A DNA stretch of 62,426 nt, filler included, from Sluysia triapertura (lineage: Eukaryota), in the NCBI GenBank assembly GCA_046118255.1. It is 5 parts of 5 records of this genome, joined end to end, with 100 filler letters (N's around TTAATTAATTAA, not from the genome) between each part and the next. Parts side by side here need not be neighbours in the genome. Positions count along the whole stretch, not along the records: positions 27,114 to 38,599 come from JBJNIA010184213.1; positions 38,700 to 50,225 come from JBJNIA010183712.1; 3 more parts are not named here. One strand, given 5' to 3'. Positions 27,114-38,776 of the stretch are shown piece by piece. A model generated the notes under the pieces. The model worked only from the letters and a program-made list of their open reading frames with translations. It did no database searches and was not told the origin of the DNA. Every line of letters begins with the position of its first letter. The first letter of the stretch is position 1. The position numbers were made by a program, and so were the translations under genes.

Positions 27114-28556
27114 AGACCTTCATTACTTTCAATTTCTTTAAAAGTTGACATCTGTGTGTAAGCCCGTTGACATAGAGGACTCAGAAATAAATACATAAGT
27201 AAAAATATATTAAAGTTTTATTTATTTTTCACATATTCTCACAATATCGTATATAATGAAATTTCAGCAATATTTTTCTTTAATATAATGTAATTTCCGT
27301 AAACACGATTAATTTTTCTATAATTTTTGTACAACGTTAGAGCAACAAACATTCTTAACTTATGGTACTTTATAAATGCGCTGGTACATTTTAGGTATAC
27401 TGGTGCATTATAAATGCATTTTATTTACTTACAATAAGATTAATTGAATTAAAGGAAAAATTAAAAATTTTAGAAACTAATATTCCTCATTCAGGGATTT
27501 GTACATATGCCTCCATATATACAAAGATCAATGCTTTTAACAGATAAAGCAGTTGTTAAAAAAAAGGTCAGAATATCTTGAATAGCATAATTACAATATG
27601 GAAGTTGAAGTTTCATATTCACATTTATTTATTTATCTTAAACTTACTAAACTTAACTTTAATACAGAGCGCTTTCATTAGCATTATATTAATGAGTTAT
27701 TAAATCTACTGCAGTATGTTCATATTTCTTACTCAATGAAAATAGACATTCTACTTATTTATCTTACAAAAAGTTTACACTTTTCTCTTAAAGGAACATT
27801 TATATTTATCACTTATTGCATTTTTATTTTATATATTTGTAATATATAAGAATCATATCAACCCTTTAACCGCCGGTGAGCGCATTTTTGCGAACATAAA
27901 TTTATATGAAATATATGTGAGAAAAGCCATTAAAAAGCCGGTACCACTTGCGTTAGTATTAATTTCAAAATGAATAAAAAAAGGTATAATTTTTCATGAA
28001 TTTTCAATAAAATAGCATAAAATGTAAAAATTGGTAAATTTAATATTCTCTATCAAAGTGTAATAAAGTATGGAATGTTCTAAAGCAATCTGCCATCTTC
28101 TAAGAAAGTAATAATAACTTTAGACTATAATATTTTCACTTATTTTATTTGATTCAAATATTTTTCTCACAAAACGGTAGTCTATTATTGAAATAACTTT
28201 GTGCACACACTTTAAAAGCAGAAGCGATTATGCAAAACATCGTCCTTATTTAATATGTAACATGACCTGCTTAAGCCTGAGAAACTTGCAGAAATGTTTT
28301 TTAAATATTTTATTTTTAGCTTTAACTAATTTATGGAAATGAATTTAATTAAAATGTTTTTCATTGTGAAAATTGTTATACTTATAAATGGTGTTAAAAT
28401 TAGTAAAAAAATCAACTATAAAAATGTTTTGTATTTACTCATAAATTTACCTCTAAGTATACAATAAGTAGATATATTTTTTAATGTTCGATGTTTTTTT
28501 TCTAAATATAATTACAAAGTATTAATATTTAAAAATAAAAATATGGCATAATATGG

Positions 28557-29975
28557 TTATTGAGATGAATCTTCATATGCTTCATGAAACATTTTAGCTA
28601 TGGTAACCAAATCGATAGTACGTTCAGGATTCCGTGGAAAAGCTTTATAAATTTGTTGTTTGTCAAATTCTAATAAACTAAAGCTATATTTTAAACACAA
28701 ATCGTTCACTATGTCTGGTATTTTATCTAAATTTATATGTTTGTCATCTTCATTACTAATGTATTGGGCAAAAAAATCCGTTATTTTCATATCAAATTTC
28801 GTGGCTAATAATCTTAATCGATATAATGGACTAATATCGGATGTTATTCTTTCGATTAATCTAACACCAGTTAGTATTATTAAATCTGGAATTAGTTCCA
28901 CCAATCTTTTCGCTAAAACTTTAAAATCATCATTTACTTCTACACTTTCAAAATCCAAAATTTTAAATGGTGGATTTTTATGTTTCAAGCAAAAATTAAT
29001 CACTGAATAAGCACCAGCTGTTAAAATTGGATTTAAACCTAATCGTAAAATTTTTATCGCTTTACATTGATGTAGTTGCTTTGATAATGAAATTAAACAT
29101 TCAGTATTTATATGATTATTAACCAAGATTAATTCCTCTAAAGTTTCATTTGTTTTTAATACTTTACCAAAACCTTGTAAAGCCATTTTATTATAGAATG
29201 AATTATAAGATAAGTCCAATGTCTTTATTGACGTATTTTTACATAAACCTGTTATAAATTTACTCATAACCTTTTGATCCAATGTTCCAAGATTATTAAA
29301 ACTCAAATCTAAAAATTCAATACTACTAATCAAAGGTAAAATTTTACCAAAATTTAATAAAAAAGTACTGCCTAAATTATTATGAGACAAGTATAAATAT
29401 TTTAAATTAATTGATGTAGCCATTAAGTCACACAATGCTATTGAAGCGTTATCATTGAAGAGATTATGACTTAAATTTATTGTTATTATATTTGTACAAT
29501 TTGATAATGTTTCACTAAGATTTTGTGAACATACATGAGTTAATCGATTGTAAGTCAAATTTAATTCCGTTATATTATTATTAGAACGTAGCATTAATAA
29601 AAATGGAATAATACCGATGTCACCTAGACAATTATCAGTTAAATTAATTTTTGTTATTGTTTTATTATGCGTTAAACTTTCTGATAATGGTCGAATATCA
29701 ATTTCACCAAGTCCATAATGAGGTAATTCTAATCTATCAGATAAAATGTTACGGATGTATTTATTACATGGAATCACGTTATACTTTTTACATTTATTTA
29801 TATAATATGTCCTACCAGTACTATCATTATCTGGTAATTTGCTTTCATCTGTAAGTGATTGGATTAAAAATTCGGTAATGTCGATATCTGTCTCAACGTA
29901 TGATTCGTCACACGACGAGACATAAAAATTAACAGTACTATTAGATGATACCGAAATAGGTGTAAAGCTGTCCAT
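28557..29975 (-). CDS. LRRC74A: LRRC74-like RI-type leucine-rich repeat protein, intronless, 472 aa
   Basis: YINKCKKYNVIP...YIRN...LELPHYGLG...SLTHNKTITKINLTDNCLG matches the LRRC74 N-terminus, followed by about 8 LxLSxNxL repeats of roughly 28 aa; intact ORF. Confidence 0.85.
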   Translation of the reverse strand: MDSFTPISVSSNSTVNFYVSSCDESYVETDIDITEFLIQSLTDESKLPDNDSTGRTYYINKCKKYNVIPCNKYIRNILSDRLELPHYGLGEIDIRPLSESLTHNKTITKINLTDNCLGDIGIIPFLLMLRSNNNITELNLTYNRLTHVCSQNLSETLSNCTNIITINLSHNLFNDNASIALCDLMATSINLKYLYLSHNNLGSTFLLNFGKILPLISSIEFLDLSFNNLGTLDQKVMSKFITGLCKNTSIKTLDLSYNSFYNKMALQGFGKVLKTNETLEELILVNNHINTECLISLSKQLHQCKAIKILRLGLNPILTAGAYSVINFCLKHKNPPFKILDFESVEVNDDFKVLAKRLVELIPDLIILTGVRLIERITSDISPLYRLRLLATKFDMKITDFFAQYISNEDDKHINLDKIPDIVNDLCLKYSFSLLEFDKQQIYKAFPRNPERTIDLVTIAKMFHEAYEDSSQ

Positions 29976-31827
29976 TACGTTATCTTAATTTACTTATACT
30001 TATACAATTGTTAATAAAATCATACACAATAATGAAATTTCATAAGTAATAAATCCAATCAATATTTAAAATTTATTATTATTAATGTATTATTATTAAA
30101 TTTATTAATAATACTAAATGCTACTGAAGTACAAATTAATAATTTGAAAAACAAATTGGGACAATAAAAAATGCGGGATGAAGAGAACATAATTAATTAG
30201 AAAGACTATGAAGCTAAATCACGTTAGGAGTTTGAAACATGAGACACCTGTAAATTAGAAATGAACAATTTCATATACAAACAAAAACTCTAATCCAAGG
30301 CGGATGTAAATGAATATATTATGTGGCCAGAGATATATTAAAGAATAAATGATTCGTATACTCATATTATATACATTTATTTAAGTATTACCCGAATATC
30401 AGAAATATAAGGAGTAAGGTAAATATAAAATTTAACAAAGCGTAAAAGCATCTCATGAAATATATGTGAAATATATGTGCAGACTGTCATATTTCCAATA
30501 AAGCATACACCTACATAAACACCCTACATAATAATGCAGTTTTGATTAAAGGAGGCAACCTACTATCATAAATGGAAAACTTAATCCTAATGAGTTTTCT
30601 TGTCATTCAAGACTTATGGAATGGCTTATTCAAAGGAATTTTGAAAGAAACGCTTATTATGAAACTGAAAGTTAAAATATACTTCGAAATTAACGATTTA
30701 TTGCCTCATTAATGCCTAAAATTTTTATATTCAAACTTTAGTGGTATGAGTGATTTTAAACATATTTAAAATAAGAGTAGATAAATATGTCCACACTAGG
30801 CCAACCTGGAAAAGTGGGGAGATACCAGGTTTACTTGTGCGCATAATTTGAATTGGTATAAATCGTTAAATTAAATTTGGATTTGGTATAATTAACTGGA
30901 TGTTTATTGTATTTGCACGTGTACGGAACTTAGCGAATTTGAGCGAGGTTTTATTTTAAGGAGTCAACTTCAATTTTAATGATGATTTAATCAGGTAATT
31001 GAGTTGTTTGACACTACGACATCTGTTACGATCTGTTATCACTAAATTGGACAAGCAACTATACTTTTATAATATATACAAAATGTAATATATCCATGAT
31101 GGTTCCGCGGTTACCATGGTTATGCCTGCAGAGGTTCCATGTTGTGCAGTTTGTCTACTCTAATGTAAAAGCAAATCTTGTAACGATGATTACATTGCTT
31201 AAGAATTGCATGACGGCTGAAGCAGTTTCCATCTTCTTCAACAGCATTCATCGTATTCACACAAACCTATGAAAAAATGGATACCATTCGAATATTATGA
31301 CCGTTCGAAGAAATATCCATCCCTGAATAATATTAACATAATCTTGTAGTGATATTGTTTCTGAGTATAATCAATATTACTAAATATTAACAAAAATCAT
31401 CAATATCACAAAACTTACACATTTACCACTGTGATTACATTTTACCTTTATATCCTTAATAAATAATTACAAATTGTAAATGCCTGTAAAAGTTATTGTA
31501 TGAGTTAAAATATACAATATACAAATTTAATAATGGCAGTAACTTTATCAGGTTACCTTAGCAAAATTATTTTGTTGTTATTGTTGTGTCTTTTGATACT
31601 TTTATTTTCCAAATTATTAAATTAAAACTCAATAACTAAATAAATTCAAATAAATATATTCGTTATATTATCACAATATTACAACTAGAATATATGTAAA
31701 TTATTCTTTATAGCAAGGGTAATACAAATTACTCTTTATAAAAATGTAAATTATTCTTTAAAGGCAAATTACAACCATGGGTGACACAGCTTATTTAAAT
31801 TTTAGCACCCGTATTAATGCAAAATAT

Positions 31828-31901
31828 AAGTAAGAAATAGTAATAGTAAGAAATATATTACTAGTAAGAAATAGTAAGTAATAGTAAGAAATATATTACT
31901 A
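31828..31901. repeat. Short tandem duplication (AGTAAGAAATA-based)
   Basis: Two imperfect copies of AGTAAGAAATAGTAATAGTAAGAAATATATTACTA. Confidence 0.75.
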
Positions 31902-34569
31902 ACCCTTGTCCTAAAAAGAAAATGATTTATTTTAGTTAATTGCTAAAGAAATGACTTTAGTTTCACTGTTATTCACTGATGAACTAAAGCAGCTTCCCTA
32001 CAATTAAAAAGTTTGCTAAATTGATTTATCTTGACGCTTTCCTATTCTCGCTTCTACTCTGTTCTAATTGCAAAAATGTAACTGCTTATATAGCAGTTTT
32101 ATGACAATTAGTGAAATTAAAAATCAGAAATCGAACAAGACGGAAATTAAAGCTGTTGATTTTCTTTTAATCGGCAATAGGCCGACTAATTTCACCGAAT
32201 AAACGTCGACAGCAATTTCCATCTGTGTTCAACTTCATTATTATTCCAATTATCTAAGGATAATGGGATTTGTGGCAAACAATCCCCTTATCTTCTTAAT
32301 ATCAAATAATTAAAATTTAAAATCACTGTTACATTTCTTTTATAATAATAACGCAATTTGTCAACTTAATTTAAAGATAAAATTTATTAAATAATAAATC
32401 AATTTCTCACGGGAGTATTCTACATTGAACCGTACGTTATATGTCAAGTTCAATAACATATTAGAATTAGTATCTTTATAAGAATTAATTTGATATATAA
32501 TTTATTAATACTTAATATTTAACTTTAATTTTAAATTATAAAAATTAATTAAAATAACTAATTTTGACGTTATCAACCTTAATGTGCTTCACAACACTTC
32601 ATCATTAAAATACTAATAAAACTCAATATTATACACTAAATCCAATATCATTTTATCATGAGCAAACATTTTTATTGAATTCTCAAACAAATTTAATTAA
32701 ATTAATTAACAAATGTACTTTGATGTTTTAACAAAGAAACTCTGTAAGGGATTATTTCTTCGTATTTCTCATTGTTTTATCTTGATTTAAGTATTTTATA
32801 TACTTATCTTACCATTACAGTTTATCACAATACCTCATCTTAATTTTTTTAGTAATGTTTAACTTATTCTGTTATCTTTAGTCTTGGCCCTTACATCTCC
32901 CTTTATTTTTCACCAATTCCAACATTATGGTTCCACTTAAAGTATGAAGTTTATTTTTATTATTTAAAATACGCACCTCTAAGATTCTTAATTGTGATAT
33001 ATTATACTTAATAATTTAGTCTTTAGAGTTGAGATAAGCTTATAAGATCGGTTATTTAATTCTTTTACATATTGACCTAGCTATAAGTTAATGTTCTATA
33101 GACTTAGTCCTCTATAGTTGATCAATTGGTATTTATTGGAAATAAACTTGATTCATTTCTTTAAATATTATAACAATTAAATGATTTTATGATTCTTCTT
33201 CTATGCGTTACTTAGTGTCAGTTAAGTATTCAACAATCAAAAAACTAAAGTTTATTACATGACACAAAAGTTTATTGATTATATACCAAACCACAAAATC
33301 AACACCTTTAATAAAATTATGTAATTAATGTACGACAACATTAGCAATATGCAAAACCATAAGATCAAAACCTTTTAAAAAATTCCAATCGAATTACATA
33401 ATAAATATATAATAATATTTGTCACAGTAGATTTGATTCTAGTGCCTTCACTTTATTATTTTAAAAGATGAGTTTGGCACTGGTCTTAAGCCAACGTAAA
33501 TTCAAATAACTTTAAAGTAAGATTTTATGCCTTACGTAAGTAAGGAATACTTAACACTAATGAACTTAAGAATGTTATTAAAGCGTATATGAATTTCTCA
33601 ATGATTCACGGAATAATCGAGATTTTATGTATTAATCGCACATAAATCCAACGTAAAAAAAACTGCGAACTTAATCTGTCAAATGTCGATGCCACTTATA
33701 AAATATTTGAAGAACGTGATCATGTATACGCGAAGATCCTACGCAAAAGTAGCGAAACAGATATGCCGAATGTATGTGCCGCGGAAAAAATAGCGATGCT
33801 AATAAACTTTTTCTATTGGATTATTGTTGTGATGTATGTAAAAATGTTTTAATTTATATTTTCTTTTAGATTAGTAGAACCATTATCATTATTTAATATT
33901 TATTTTAAAATCATAAATATTTACAATTATGTTATAAAATTTTTTGTAATTAAAAATGTATAATTATGTTACTCGCGTAACAATTTGATAAAAATAAGGT
34001 CCACTTTCGCAATTTAAACAGAAAAAAGATACGTTTATTAAAGATTTACATAATTTTAATAATTCTAAACAATTATTAAACAATTAAAACTGAAGCAGTC
34101 ATATAGTCCAAGCTAATTATATTAATTATTCTAAAGTTACAAAATTAAAGCTGTCACTAGAGTATGAAAAGAGATTATGCTATACAGGATATACTTAGCA
34201 TTATATTCGCGATATAAATTGGTGCCAGATAAACCTCCGTGATGCTGAAGATCCAGATCTTGGTCTGACAAATTCAACGAATGAAAGGTGCATTGATTTT
34301 TCTTTTGTTCAATTCGACTTTCTTGTTTTGAGTCCATATAAATCCTTAATGTCTTATTCGTCTTATTTGGTAGTTCATCCTATTAACGTACACGATAAAT
34401 TTCTCGGTTTTAGTATTAAAGCTCATAAATTAATAAATTCAACAATTTTAAATTTTATAAAATGGTCTTTGTTATAAATGTTCTAGAATGTTCTGCGTAA
34501 AATCACATAACAATACAATAAATATAAATAGTTATAAAGTACCTTAATAATAACATTAATTTATTCAAA

Positions 34570-35576
34570 TTTATCAATTTCTTCAAAGCTTCATCCAGAC
34601 AAGTATCTATTATATAAAATTTAGTATTATAGATGTTCACAAAAAGTATAATAATGAAGCAAATTACCTTCTTACGAAAAATTATTTAATTTAAATACCT
34701 TTTTATTTTTTTAAAAATGTTTAACAAGAAATTTACAAACATTAATCGAAAACAAGTTGTTTAATTTAAATTTTAAAATTACGAAAGAAATAGGCTTAAG
34801 GCCTGTAACAGTAAAGAAATTTAAAACTGCGACAAAATATGGTAATGTATCAAAACCGAAATATAACCAATAAAGGAACATTAAAAACAGAGTCATTAAT
34901 GACCGTAGTGTCATTACAATTGGCATTCCAGTTTTTATTTTTATAGGAACGTTTTTTTAATAAGTTTTTCAGATAAAATGTTCTTATCTACTAAACTATT
35001 TATATAAACTAGTTTTGTACATTTTGTCAAATATATTCTTAGTATACATTCATAGCGACGAATAAAAGATCTATTAAATTTTAAATTACCTTGTCTTACT
35101 ACTTGTAAAATATCGAAAGTGTTAGTAGCAATTAAATTTTTAATAAATATCAAATACGTATCTAAACTTTTCGTAATATCACTTATTTTTGCACACCACT
35201 TTTTATTAAGCACATAATTTATTTGCAATGTTATGAATCTAATATATGAAGAATACATTAAAATATTTATTAATTGTAGATTATTAGCACGAAATGACGT
35301 ATCATTAACACATGATTCAAGTCTTTAAATCAACTTCTAAAGTATTAATAACACGAGTATTGAAACTTTATGGTTTTGGAGTTCTAATTCTTCATAAATT
35401 TCTTTTTCTAATTCATCACGAGTTAAAACACTTTTACCATCAAATGTACAAAACAACTTTAACTTGTTATTAGATATCAAATAGTTTATTGTATCGATAC
35501 AATTCCTTTCGCTCAATTTATCAATTAGTAAGATTTCTTGTACTCTCTTAAAATCAGAAGCTAATACCATTACCAA
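34570..35576 (-). pseudogene. UFL1: UFL1 (E3 UFM1 ligase) 5' portion, intronless and frameshifted
   Basis: LASDFKRVQ...KLSERNCIDTINYLI...TFDGKSVLT...EKEIYEEL resembles UFL1 LAADFQRAQ...RLSERNCIEIVNKLI...TLDGKEYIT...KEMRDEL. It continues via frameshifts (KISDITKSLD, SFIRRYECILR, INSLVDK); there is no ATG start. Confidence 0.85.
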
Positions 35577-35632
35577 AACAACATTGAAAAATTTTTAAAA
35601 TTAATATCGATAATTTTTATTACTATTAATTT

Positions 35633-37090
35633 TTATATATTTTTGATTTCAGGATAATTATCATTTACATCAAAAACCGGAACTGTGAGATTGAATTTCT
35701 TTTGAATAATAGGTTGTGCCATGTAGGTGCATAAAATGACTAACCAACCACAACTCGATTTTTCTGCATCAAAAACAATATTAGTAACTATTTGAATGAC
35801 TAAACCACGATGACTCATTATTTTCAAACCATAAGACTCAGTGCACACACAACTAATCTTGTTTTTAGAAACTTCATCACGATCGATAAATGATACACTC
35901 AATACGGGTTTATTAATTGGTTCATTTTCAATAATTGAATTGTTTAAATAAACCTTTAATTGTGGAGAATTATCATTTAAGTCGATTAATTTAATGCTCA
36001 ACGTAAATGAACTAGAATATTTTAATTTCCCATTATCATTTACAATAATTATTAAATTAAAAAATCTATCATTAAAGTCTTCAAAATCTAATTGTCGTAA
36101 TAGTTTCAAAACACCGCTTGACTCATTTAAATAAAATTTTTCTCTGATATTATTTAATGGAAAACTTAATGGAGAAATACGGAATGTTAATTTTGAGTTT
36201 AAATTTGAATCTGCATCTGTGGCTTTAAAAACATAAATATCTGAATTAACTGTTGCATTTTCTGTTACCAAAATCGAAGCTTGATTTGTCAGAAATTGTG
36301 GTGCATTGTCATTTTGGTCCAAAATAATAATTGTAATATTCGTTTTAGTTCGATATTTATTATTATTGTCATCAGAAGCGTAAAGATTAAAATAAAAAAC
36401 TCGTTCAGTCGGCTTTTCATAATCAATTGATCTAGTGATATTCATTTGAGGTAGATTTCGTTTTTGAAAAATTTTAAATAAGCCATTATAATCATTATCA
36501 ATTGTATAAGATTTGATACTGTTTTGAGTAGAGTCAATATCAATAGCTTGAGGTAAATTCAATGTTGGTAATGAATTTAATTTGTCATTTTCAAATAATG
36601 TTAAAACATATTCCGATTTTGGAAAATAAGGTTGGTTATCATTTTCATCTATTATTCGTAATAATACATTCACTTTTCTATTGAAACTTTTTCCCGATAC
36701 TGAGTTACTTTGTAATGCAGCAATAATGATTTCAAATTCGATTAAACATTCCAATTTTTGACAACACTGCAATGGTCCGCATATCGAACGTCTATCGTCA
36801 CGATCAATTTGTTGGATTGATATCAATTCAGCTTTATCATTTATTTTAAAATATCGAACTAAATTACCAAAATTTGTTTTCCCGAATAATAACTGATAAT
36901 TTTCTAAAGCTTCTTTTTCTGTTAACGGTAAATGACCGATAAAAGAATTCGCTGTAATATTATCATGAATAATAAATGTTGTATGACCAGAATTTGAAAT
37001 TTGATATGTAATTTGATATAATGGTAGTGTAAAAACAATTAGAACAAGAACAGTATTGATTGTCGAATGATATTCTAAATAATATTTCCA
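35633..37090 (-). CDS. Protocadherin-like ectodomain with 4 cadherin repeats; truncated, possibly a pseudogene
   Basis: DENDNQP, DQNDNAP, DLNDNSP and DVNDNYP repeat ends, plus DxD and DYE/DFE motifs and Cys-containing EC1. The frame stays open upstream of 36826 through a hydrophobic signal-like stretch, but the ATG at 37091 is out of frame. No transmembrane segment. Confidence 0.85.
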   Translation of the reverse strand, partial: WKYYLEYHSTINTVLVLIVFTLPLYQITYQISNSGHTTFIIHDNITANSFIGHLPLTEKEALENYQLLFGKTNFGNLVRYFKINDKAELISIQQIDRDDRRSICGPLQCCQKLECLIEFEIIIAALQSNSVSGKSFNRKVNVLLRIIDENDNQPYFPKSEYVLTLFENDKLNSLPTLNLPQAIDIDSTQNSIKSYTIDNDYNGLFKIFQKRNLPQMNITRSIDYEKPTERVFYFNLYASDDNNNKYRTKTNITIIILDQNDNAPQFLTNQASILVTENATVNSDIYVFKATDADSNLNSKLTFRISPLSFPLNNIREKFYLNESSGVLKLLRQLDFEDFNDRFFNLIIIVNDNGKLKYSSSFTLSIKLIDLNDNSPQLKVYLNNSIIENEPINKPVLSVSFIDRDEVSKNKISCVCTESYGLKIMSHRGLVIQIVTNIVFDAEKSSCGWLVILCTYMAQPIIQKKFNLTVPVFDVNDNYPEIKNI

Positions 37091-37134
37091 TGATTTAGTG
37101 GTTTAATTATTAATTTAATATAGATAGTTTTAAA

Positions 37135-37310
37135 AATTATTAAATTATGTATATTTGATAATTATTAAAATTAGAATTATTTTAATCAAATTAAGAATTA
37201 TTAAACTATACATATTTTATAATTATTAAAATTAAAATTATTTTATTAAAATTAAGATTTATTAAACTATATATTTTTATAATTATTAAAATTAAAATTA
37301 TGTTATATTG
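37135..37310. repeat. About 60-bp AT-rich tandem repeat, about 3 copies
   Basis: Recurrent ATAATTATTAAAATTARAATTAT at about 60-nt period. Confidence 0.75.
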
Positions 37311-38599
37311 ATTTATTTTCAATACTATATTAATTATTTTATTTATAATATAAATTAACCATAACAATTTATTATACGTTAGTCTAATAAGATTGAAAAT
37401 TTACTATTATTATTATTAGATTCACACGAAAAAGCAAATTAATCATAATAAGTTAAAAATCTATAATTTTTATTGCGTTTTAATTTTTATTTTAGTATAT
37501 TTACTCACTATATTTATTTAATATTCATTGTTGAAAATACTTTTATTACCGAAAAACTATATTGTAAGTAATTAATAAGAAGCTTATAAATCTTTGTTTT
37601 CATCATGCATTTGTATTGTGCTACTAAGAAGCACATAATTACATTTATAAATAATTAATTTTATTGAAATTTTCTTATGGAATTACTGGTGATCTATATA
37701 TAACTATTATTAATAATTTTTTATTCAGATTTAACTGTAATTTAATTTAGCATCAATTTGATTACTTTTTACATACAATCGCCCTTTGATCCTTATCGAT
37801 ATTTATGAAAAAAATAAATATCAATTTAGAGGAAATAATTGATCCCTAGTTTCATTTTGAATACAAAATTTAATATAATCAATTTTTAAATTTGTCATAA
37901 TTTTAATTTTTTAGTTCTATAATCAGAATTTTGGATAATTATTTGACTTCTGATACATTTTATACAGAACAGATTTTTAGAACAAAGCTTCAATTATGAA
38001 CATTGTGCTTTGAATTTTTTTATTTTTTTAATTTTGTATCTATAACTTTAATCAATCATTCAATTTCTATATTTTTATAAATAACATTATTGATTTTACT
38101 CTAACACATTATTAAGTGAAACTTTCTGTAAAACCACGCGTTGATTTTCCATTGAAATATATTTAATACTAATTTAGCGTATAATTTTATTTATTATTTA
38201 CATTTATTATTACATTTTTTAATTAATTTTTCTTAGACGATACCAAAATAAACGAAACAAAGTTAATTATAGGTGGTAAGACTAAAACTACGAAATAGGC
38301 TATTATATATGGATTCAAAAATGAACATAGAAGAAAATATCAAATAATAGAAAATTTATTAATAAAGAAACAGCGAAACTAATAACTAATAATATTGATT
38401 TTAACAATGGTATAATGGACTCAATTTCACATAGAAAAGTGAAAAAATTACAATTAATAATGCTGGGTTCTTTTCTAATCTAAAAGCTTCCCTACAGCAA
38501 AAATAATTAATATTTATGAGTTCGTTTACAGTATACGACTTATCTGTGGCGTACCTGTAAAATCACTTAAAGTAATTATTAAAATTAACTCCTTAAAAA

Positions 38600-38699
38600 N
38601 NNNNNNNNNNNNNNNNNNNNNNNNNNNNNNNNNNNNNNNNNNNTTAATTAATTAANNNNNNNNNNNNNNNNNNNNNNNNNNNNNNNNNNNNNNNNNNNN
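38600..38699. other. Artificial contig linker
   Basis: N44-TTAATTAATTAA-N44. Confidence 0.97.
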
Positions 38700-38706
38700 T
38701 ATACCA

Positions 38707-38776
38707 TAAGCGCTTTTGAGTACTTTCGCGGTAGATATGAGCGCCATATAAATTAATATATTATTATTATTATTAT
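38707..38776 (+). mobile_element. 3' tail of L2-type LINE (or partner SINE) ending in (ATT)n
   Basis: TAAGCGCTTTTGAGTACTTTCGCGGTAGATATGAGCGCCATATAAAT is nearly identical to the reverse complement of 50391-50437. Confidence 0.75.

Noticed and set aside
9101-27880. Scattered TTAACCC/GGGTTAA and TTAAGGAGT ends as a single piggyBac or Kolobok element
   Set aside because: Unpaired, on different contigs, and no transposase seen.
28660-29854. Plus-strand ORFs overlapping LRRC74 (also 51830-52104, 14461-14658, 44992-45186, 48429-48662)
   Set aside because: Shadow or alternative-frame ORFs of real coding regions.
31090-31370. GC-elevated coding-like fragment
   Set aside because: Stops in all frames and no recognisable homology.
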